The notes below the pieces were generated by a model that worked only from the letters and a program-made list of their open reading frames with translations, was not told the origin of the DNA and did not search any database. Positions 58,577-64,000 of a stretch of DNA of 64,000 nucleotides are shown piece after piece. The translations under genes and the position numbers were made by a program. Position 1 is the first letter of the stretch. Each line of letters starts with the position of its first letter. The stretch is from an uncultured bacterium (GTDB lineage Bacteria; Krumholzibacteriota; Krumholzibacteriia; LZORAL124-64-63): contig CAVSGO010000007.1 of NCBI GenBank assembly GCA_963727525.1, positions 1,189,393-1,253,392 on the forward strand, written 5' to 3'.

Positions 58577-59779
58577 TTACAGATGATCCAGCAGGTGGCC
58601 GAGGCGCGCCTTCTTGGTCTTCAGGTACTCGAGGTTGCGCAGATTCGGTCGGATCTCCAGCGGTACCCGATCGACGATGTGCAGACCGTAGCTGTCGAGC
58701 CCGACGATCTTGCGCGGATTGTTCGTCATCAGCCGCATCTCGCGCACGCCCAGATCGCGCAGCATCTGGGCGCCGAGTCCATACTCGCGCAGATCGGCCG
58801 GAAAGCCCAGGCGGTGGTTGGCCTCGACGGTGTCCAGGCCCGCGTCCTGCAGATCATAGGCCTTGAGCTTGTTCAGCAGGCCGATGCCGCGCCCTTCCTG
58901 CCGCATGTACAGCAGCACGCCGCGCCCCTCGGCCTCGATGGCCGTGAGCGCCGCCTCGAGCTGCTCGCCACAGTCGCAGCGGAGACTGTGGAAGAGGTCA
59001 CCGGTGAGGCACTCGCTGTGCACCCGCACCAGGGTGGGCTCCTCGGTCACGATGTCGCCCTTGACCAGCGCCAGGTGCACGAGGCTGTCGACGCTGGTGG
59101 TGTAGGCGATCATGCGGAAGTTGCCGTGCCGCGCGGGCATGGCCACGTCGGCCGCGCGTGTGACGAGCTGCTCATGGCCACGCCGCCAGCGGATGAGGTC
59201 GGCGATGGAGATGAGCCTAAGGTCGTGCTCCCGTGCAAGCTCCAGCAGGCGCGGCAGACGCGCCATGCTGCCGTCGTCGTCCATGATCTCGCAGAGGATG
59301 CCCGCCGGGGTGAGCCCGGCCGCCCTGCAGAGATCGACCACGGCCTCCGTATGCCCGGCCCGCCGCAGCACGCCGCCGTTCACCGCCTCCAGCGGAAAGA
59401 CATGCCCGGGTCGCGCCAGATCCTGCGACCGCGTCTGCGGGTCGATGAACACTTGCACCGTACGCGCACGGTCGTGCGCGCTGATGCCCGTCGTGGTGCC
59501 GGTGGCGGCGTCCACGCTCACGGTGAACTGCGTACCAAGACTGGCCGTATTGCGCGCCACCATGGGCTGCAGCTCCAGCTCACGCATACGTTCGCCGGTG
59601 GCGGCCAGGCACACGAGACCGCGCCCGTGCTTGGCGACGAAGTTGATCGCCTGGGGCGTCACCTTGTCGGCGGCCATGACGAAATCGCCCTCGTTCTCGC
59701 GGTCCTCATCGTCGACCACGATGATGAGCTCGCCGCGCTTCAACGCTTCGAGAGCGGAATCGATGGTGTCGAGGGTCAT
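58577..59779 (-). CDS. ribBA: Bifunctional DHBP synthase / GTP cyclohydrolase II
   Basis: RibB half ([15 protein letters not shown]) and RibA half (ECLTGD...CDCG, RDxxxK). ATG at 59779 overlaps the ribE stop (ATGA). Confidence 0.95.
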   Translation of the reverse strand: MTLDTIDSALEALKRGELIIVVDDEDRENEGDFVMAADKVTPQAINFVAKHGRGLVCLAATGERMRELELQPMVARNTASLGTQFTVSVDAATGTTTGISAHDRARTVQVFIDPQTRSQDLARPGHVFPLEAVNGGVLRRAGHTEAVVDLCRAAGLTPAGILCEIMDDDGSMARLPRLLELAREHDLRLISIADLIRWRRGHEQLVTRAADVAMPARHGNFRMIAYTTSVDSLVHLALVKGDIVTEEPTLVRVHSECLTGDLFHSLRCDCGEQLEAALTAIEAEGRGVLLYMRQEGRGIGLLNKLKAYDLQDAGLDTVEANHRLGFPADLREYGLGAQMLRDLGVREMRLMTNNPRKIVGLDSYGLHIVDRVPLEIRPNLRNLEYLKTKKARLGHLLDHL

Positions 59780-60441
59780 GATCTCTCCCCTGAGTCGCGG
59801 CTCCAGCCGCGCGCGAGGATGAAGCCGAGGTCGGGCACCTGGGCCGCGACCTCCGCCCGCCGCCCCGTGCGGGCGGCCTTGACAAGCACATCCATCTCCA
59901 GATTCACGCGCCGCCCCCGCCGGGCCTGCGCGAACGTCGTCCAGCGAAGCGTGTGCGGGATGAGGTTCAAGGTGAAGCGGTCGACATGCGGACCGGCATC
60001 CACCGTGAGGCTGACACCGTCCACTGCGACCGACCCCTTGGGCATGAGCCACTGGACGAGATCCGCGCCGCATGCCACCGTCATCAAGAAGCTGGCGCCT
60101 TGCGGCCTGATGGCCGCGATGGTGCCCGTGCCGTCCACGTGACCCTGCACGAGGTGCCCGTCCAGCGCCTGACCGGCCTGCAGCGCGGGTTCGAGATGGA
60201 GACGATCGCCGGCGCGCCAGCCTGCCAGCGTGGTGACCCGCAGCGTCTCGGCCGCGGCTTCCACGGTGACGGCGTCGCGCGCATGATCCGTGACGGTGAG
60301 GCAGATGCCATTGACGGCAAGCGAGTCGCCGGCCTTCAGCGCCGGCGCCGTCCGGGGCGCGCCGATTGTCAGACGCGCGAGCTGCCGCGTCGTGTGCATG
60401 GCGCGCAGGGTGCCGATCTCGCGGATGAGGCCCGTGAACAC
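59776..60441 (-). CDS. ribE: Riboflavin synthase alpha subunit
   Basis: [12 protein letters not shown]... N-terminus and duplicated lumazine-binding halves ([13 protein letters not shown] / [12 protein letters not shown]). GTG at 60441 has a GGGAGGGGAG RBS. Confidence 0.85.
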   Translation of the reverse strand: MFTGLIREIGTLRAMHTTRQLARLTIGAPRTAPALKAGDSLAVNGICLTVTDHARDAVTVEAAAETLRVTTLAGWRAGDRLHLEPALQAGQALDGHLVQGHVDGTGTIAAIRPQGASFLMTVACGADLVQWLMPKGSVAVDGVSLTVDAGPHVDRFTLNLIPHTLRWTTFAQARRGRRVNLEMDVLVKAARTGRRAEVAAQVPDLGFILARGWSRDSGERS

Positions 60442-60442
60442 G

Positions 60443-61528
60443 TCACTCCCCTCCCGCAAGCTGGCGACGCGTGGCCGCGAAGTCGGTGTGGTCCCAGACG
60501 GCGCACAGATCGTTGCCCACCTGGTCGGTGCGTGTGAGAGAGAACGCCTCGACCGGGCCGCTCGTGCTCGACGGCCACGACGGGCCGTCGCCGAGCACGA
60601 CCGGCGCCGTGTATTGCACCCAGCGATCCACGAGCCCGGCCGCAAGGAAGCTCGCCGCCAGCCGCGGCCCGCCCTCCAGCAGCACCGTGTGCACGTGCCG
60701 CGACGACGACGCCTCGAGCAGCGCGGTCGGATGGATCCCGTTGCGCCCCGCCGGGCAGCGCAGCACGTCGAAACCCGCAGGCGGCGTGCCGTTGGCCGTG
60801 TGCGCACAGAACACGAGACCGCTCTCGCGCCGTAGCCCACTCTCGAGTTCGAGCCGCGTGTCGACGTAGCCGACCAGCGGCAGCGCCTGCGGACAGCACG
60901 CGTCGTCGACCACGAGCCGCGTGTCGAGGCGCGGACGGTCGGCCTCCGCCGTACCGCGCCCCACGAGCACGAGGTCGAGCCATCGGCGCCTCTCGTGCAC
61001 GCGCCGGCGCGCCGACTCGCTGGTGAGGTAGACCGGCCCGGCCGCGAGCTTGGCCGCCGGCGCGAAGCGCCCGTCGAGACTCTGCGCCGTCTTCAGTTCC
61101 ACGTAGGGCCGGGCGAAGCCCTCGGTGACGACGAATGGCCACACCAGTTCGAGGCAGGCATCGGCTTCGACGCCGAGCATGACCTCCACGCCCTCGCCCA
61201 CCAGCCGCGCCAGTCCCCCGCCCTTGACGGTGGGATTGGGGTCCCGCACTCCGCATACGACGCGCGTGATGCCCGCCTGCAGGATCGCCTCGGTGCACGG
61301 CGGCGTGCGCCCGTGGTGATTGCAGGGCTCGAGGGTGCAGAACAAGGTGGCGCCGCGCGCGCGCGCGCCGGCCTCGCCAAGGGCCACGCGCTCGGCGTGA
61401 GGTCGGCCGGGCCCGTGGTGGGCTCCACGCCCGACGACCTCGCCGTCGCTTACGACGAGTGTGCCCACCGGCGGGTTCGGCCACGTCCGTCGCGGCAACC
61501 GCCCCGCCAGTTGCAAAGCCTCGTTCAT
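60443..61528 (-). CDS. ribD: Bifunctional riboflavin biosynthesis deaminase/reductase RibD
   Basis: CMP/dCMP deaminase zinc motif (HAERVAL...TLEPCNHHGRTPPC) followed by an RibD_C reductase domain. ATG at 61528 (MNEALQLAG). Confidence 0.9.
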   Translation of the reverse strand: MNEALQLAGRLPRRTWPNPPVGTLVVSDGEVVGRGAHHGPGRPHAERVALGEAGARARGATLFCTLEPCNHHGRTPPCTEAILQAGITRVVCGVRDPNPTVKGGGLARLVGEGVEVMLGVEADACLELVWPFVVTEGFARPYVELKTAQSLDGRFAPAAKLAAGPVYLTSESARRRVHERRRWLDLVLVGRGTAEADRPRLDTRLVVDDACCPQALPLVGYVDTRLELESGLRRESGLVFCAHTANGTPPAGFDVLRCPAGRNGIHPTALLEASSSRHVHTVLLEGGPRLAASFLAAGLVDRWVQYTAPVVLGDGPSWPSSTSGPVEAFSLTRTDQVGNDLCAVWDHTDFAATRRQLAGGE

Positions 61529-61599
61529 ATACTGCGCATCGCGCAAGACGGTAGACCCTTCGTCCGTGCCGGCACGAAGGGAGAGGCGGGGGTCTGGCC

Positions 61600-61714
61600 C
61601 CAACTTCTCCCATCCGGACTGTGACCGTCGGCTCCGGAATCTCACCGGATCGTGCCCTTGCGGGCTCGCGGGCTTTCACCGCCGGTGGGGACTTCCACCC
61701 CGCCCTGAAGTTGG
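61600..61714 (-). promoter_or_regulatory. FMN riboswitch (RFN element) in the ribD leader
   Basis: Minus strand CCAACTTCAGGGCGGGGTGGAAGTCCCCACCGGCGGTGAAAGCCCGCGAGCCCGCAAGGGCACGATCCGGTGAGATTCCGGAGCCGACGGTCACAGTCCGGATGGGAGAAGTTGG. It carries the conserved GGG(C)GGGGTGaAAgTCCC...ACCGGCGGT...AGCCCGCGAGC...GGATGGGAGAAG blocks and an 8-bp P1 (CCAACTTC/GAAGTTGG). A downstream 8-bp hairpin (61556-61581) is a possible expression platform. Confidence 0.85.
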
Positions 61715-61727
61715 ATCTGGCTGCCCC

Positions 61728-61756
61728 AAAATAGCTGGCAGTGTTCGAGCGGTCAA
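61728..61756 (-). promoter_or_regulatory. Putative sigma70-type promoter driving the FMN riboswitch and rib operon
   Basis: Minus strand TTGACC (61756-61751), 17-nt spacer, TATTTT (61733-61728), placing the TSS about 7-10 nt before the riboswitch P1. Confidence 0.4.
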
Positions 61757-61968
61757 GCCGACTGCTCGTGCCCGAATCGGTGACAGCGACTGCACACCGC
61801 GATCGGATTGCTCGGGTCGCCCACCACGGCGCTGGCGGATTCCCCGCGGATCAATGCCTACGACCCGGTTGCGCACCACGTCCGTGCCGCCCGTATCTCA
61901 CCGTCGGCAACGCCGGCGCGACGCGGACGACGAGGTATATGGCCATCGTCCCCCGCAACGCAACGCCC

Positions 61969-63000
61969 CTACTCCCGCACCTCCTCTTCGGGCACCATCT
62001 CCGACACCAGCGCCACGCTGAACGCATCCGCGTCGAACACCGCGAGGTCGTCGACCGTCTCCCCCATGCCGACGTACTTCACGGGTAGCCCGATCGACTC
62101 GGCGATGGCGACCACGATTCCGCCCTTGGCGGTGCCGTCGAGCTTGGTCAAGAAGAGCCCCTCCACCGGGATCGTCTCCGCGAAGATCTTTGCCTGCTGC
62201 AGGCCATTCTGCCCGGTGTTCGCATCGACCACCAGCAACGTCTCGGGATCGCGGCCCGTGCGCTTGCGAATCACGCGAGCGACCTTGGCGAGCTCATCCA
62301 TGAGGTTGGTCTTGGTGTGCAATCGCCCCGCCGTGTCGACGATCACCACGTCGCAACCGCGCGCCGCGGCCGCGTTCAGAGCGTCGTACACGACGGCCGC
62401 GGGGTCGGCGCCGTGCCCCTGGGACACGCAGGGCACGCCCACGCGGTCGGCCCAGACCTGGAGCTGCTCGACGGCAGCAGCGCGGAACGTGTCGCCCGCG
62501 GCCAGCAGCACCGAACGACCCTCGTCCTTGTACAGCTTGGCGAGCTTGGCGATGGAGGTCGTCTTGCCGGTACCGTTCACGCCGACCACGAAGATGACCT
62601 GCAACGCAGCCGCCGCCGCGTCGACGGCGGGCGCCTCCGCGGCGGCAGCGTCGCGCTTCTTCTTCGACTTCTTGCCGCCACTGTCCAGCGCATCCTCCCA
62701 CCGCGGCGGATGCACCTTGGGTTTCGCCTCGGTGAGGATCTTGCGCACGTCGCCGCGGATGATGCCCACCACCGAGGCCAGCGTGGCCTCGCCCTTCTCT
62801 TCGCGCACGCGCTTCTCGATGTTGCGCGTGATGGCGACGGCCGACTGCACGCCCATGTCGGCGGAGATGAGCAGTTCCTCGAGCTGGTCGAGGGTGTCCT
62901 CGTCGAGCTTCACGCCGCCGCGGAAGAGCTTCTGCAGCCCACCCACCATGTTGTCGCGGGTCTTGGTCATACCCTGCTTGAAGCGATCGAACAGCCCCAT
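61969..63000 (-). CDS. ftsY: Signal recognition particle receptor FtsY
   Basis: N-terminal acidic/helical region then NG domain (GVNGTGKTTSIAKLA, DTAGR, TKLDGTAKGG). Confidence 0.9.
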   Translation of the reverse strand: MGLFDRFKQGMTKTRDNMVGGLQKLFRGGVKLDEDTLDQLEELLISADMGVQSAVAITRNIEKRVREEKGEATLASVVGIIRGDVRKILTEAKPKVHPPRWEDALDSGGKKSKKKRDAAAAEAPAVDAAAAALQVIFVVGVNGTGKTTSIAKLAKLYKDEGRSVLLAAGDTFRAAAVEQLQVWADRVGVPCVSQGHGADPAAVVYDALNAAAARGCDVVIVDTAGRLHTKTNLMDELAKVARVIRKRTGRDPETLLVVDANTGQNGLQQAKIFAETIPVEGLFLTKLDGTAKGGIVVAIAESIGLPVKYVGMGETVDDLAVFDADAFSVALVSEMVPEEEVRE

Positions 63001-64000
63001 CAGCCGGTGGCCTCCCCAGTCTCGGGTTCCGCGGTCGCCATCTCGTCGTCGGACTCGTCGGCGGCCGGCGCCTTCGCGTCCTCCGTCCGGTCGATGTCCT
63101 GTCGCCGCGAGGCGATCGCGCCCGCCAGTTCGGCGTCGCTCTGCGTCTGCGCCACGTCCTTGAACGACACCGACACGACGCTGGAGACGCCCTGCTCCAT
63201 CATGGTGACGCCGTAGAGATGGTTGGCCGTTTCCATGGTGAGTTTGTTGTGCGTGATCACGAGGAACTGCGTGTTCTTCGAAAACTCGCGCAGCATGGTG
63301 ACGAAGCGGCCGATGTTCGTGTCATCGAGGGGCGCGTCGGCCTCGTCGAGCATGCAGAAGGGCGACGGCTTCACGAGGTACACGGCGAAGAGGATCGACA
63401 GGGCTGTGAGGCAACGCTCGCCGCCCGAGAGCAGCGACACGTGGTCGATCACCTTGCCCGTGGGCTGGGCCACGATCTGGATCTCGCTTTCCAGCGGGTC
63501 GTCGGTCTTCTGCAGGATGAGGTCGGCACGCCCGCCGCGGAAGAGCGTCTGGAACACCGCGACGTAGTTGCGGCGCACCTCCTCGAAGGTATCCGCGAAG
63601 AGCTTGCGCGCCGTGCGGTTGATCTCGCCGATCGCCTTCTCGAGATCGGCCCGGGCCTTGGACACGTCCGTCTGCTGGCCGGTGAGGAATTCGAGGCGCA
63701 CCTTCTTGGTGTCATACTCCTCGAGGGCGAGGTGGTTGATCGGCCCCAGCGATGCGAGCTGCTGCTTCTTGTCGTTCAGCAGCGATTCGGCCTGGCTGAA
63801 CTGGAAGACGCCCTCCTCGCGTTCCAGCTCTCGCGGCAGGTGCTCGGGATCCACCTGGGCGACCAGCTCGGCAAACCCGCCAGTGTACTGCTCCTCGATC
63901 CTCTCCTCGAGGTTGTTGCGGCGCAGGTCGAGGGTGGCGAGCTCGGTCTCGAGCTGGTGGATCTGATCGCGGCAGCCGGTGCGCTGGTCCTCGATGGCCT
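63000..64000 (-). CDS. smc: Chromosome segregation protein SMC (C-terminal part; 5' end outside the window)
   Basis: C-terminal coiled coil and ABC head with signature LSGGERCLTALSILFAVY and Walker B FCMLDEADAPLDD. The reading frame continues upstream without a stop to position 64000; the ORF-track M at 63854 is an internal GTG. Confidence 0.85.
   Translation of the reverse strand, partial: AIEDQRTGCRDQIHQLETELATLDLRRNNLEERIEEQYTGGFAELVAQVDPEHLPRELEREEGVFQFSQAESLLNDKKQQLASLGPINHLALEEYDTKKVRLEFLTGQQTDVSKARADLEKAIGEINRTARKLFADTFEEVRRNYVAVFQTLFRGGRADLILQKTDDPLESEIQIVAQPTGKVIDHVSLLSGGERCLTALSILFAVYLVKPSPFCMLDEADAPLDDTNIGRFVTMLREFSKNTQFLVITHNKLTMETANHLYGVTMMEQGVSSVVSVSFKDVAQTQSDAELAGAIASRRQDIDRTEDAKAPAADESDDEMATAEPETGEATG

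Noticed and set aside
61715-61968. Possible small plus-strand ORFs and NrdR-like regulator upstream of the rib operon (ORFs 61461..62021, 61741..62088)
   Set aside because: These frames overlap the riboswitch and the ftsY 3' end, translate to Arg/Pro-rich low-complexity sequence and lack an RBS. The region is better explained as the promoter and leader of the rib operon.
1-64000. CRISPR arrays, tRNA/rRNA genes, transposases/integrases, prophage or toxin-antitoxin modules
   Set aside because: No direct-repeat/spacer periodicity, no cloverleaf-like conserved tRNA boxes in the few intergenic regions, and no recombinase/transposase-like ORFs were seen. The only low-GC islands (3781-4052, 9008-9299) are short regulatory regions rather than mobile DNA.

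Overview
This 64 kb window has about 70% GC and is almost gene-saturated; most genes sit on the minus strand. GTGA/ATGA overlaps that couple one gene's stop to the next gene's start are common, and a GGAAAGGA/GGAGG ribosome-binding motif recurs. Read 5'->3' on the minus strand, the content is:

- smc (partial) and ftsY.
- A sigma70-like promoter, an FMN riboswitch, then ribD-ribE-ribBA-ribH-nusB.
- About 18 kb of lipid-linked glycan and glycosylation genes that follow nusB without a break. In order: SAM methyltransferase, GT4, flippase-like protein, a DUF2723 (TMEM260-like GT-C) protein with C-terminal TPR, NAD-dependent epimerase, two GT2s, YfhO, a polyprenyl-phosphate sugar synthase-like GT2, a GT2 fused to a phosphoglycosyl transferase, a CapD-like dehydratase, a FemAB-like protein and a Wzx/MOP flippase.
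- An intrinsic terminator, then the mraZ promoter with phased MraZ-box-like repeats.
- A complete division and cell-wall (dcw) cluster: mraZ, an inserted STAS-like gene, rsmH, ftsL, ftsI, murE, murF, mraY, murD, ftsW, murG, murC, ftsQ, ftsA, ftsZ. murB and ddl are absent. Two TPR proteins follow ftsZ, one of them fused to a parvulin.

The 5' third of the window carries rpmB, recG, a zinc-ribbon protein, a divergent MglA-like small GTPase (its P-loop reads GKR) coupled to a TPR protein, uppP, a CheY-like receiver, a DUF4139 protein, a membrane protein with C-terminal TPR, a sigma-70 factor, yigZ, an FG-GAP protein, a dsbD/tlpA pair, a PDZ-PP2C phosphatase and a beta-helix protein.

No rRNA, tRNA, CRISPR array or mobile element was seen. 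The most notable candidate system is the riboswitch-headed rib-nusB-glycosylation super-operon, which encodes a TMEM260/TMTC-like putative protein O-glycosylation pathway (GT-C enzymes carrying TPR domains plus polyprenyl-phosphate sugar synthases). The next most notable is a divergent MglA-like GTPase module.
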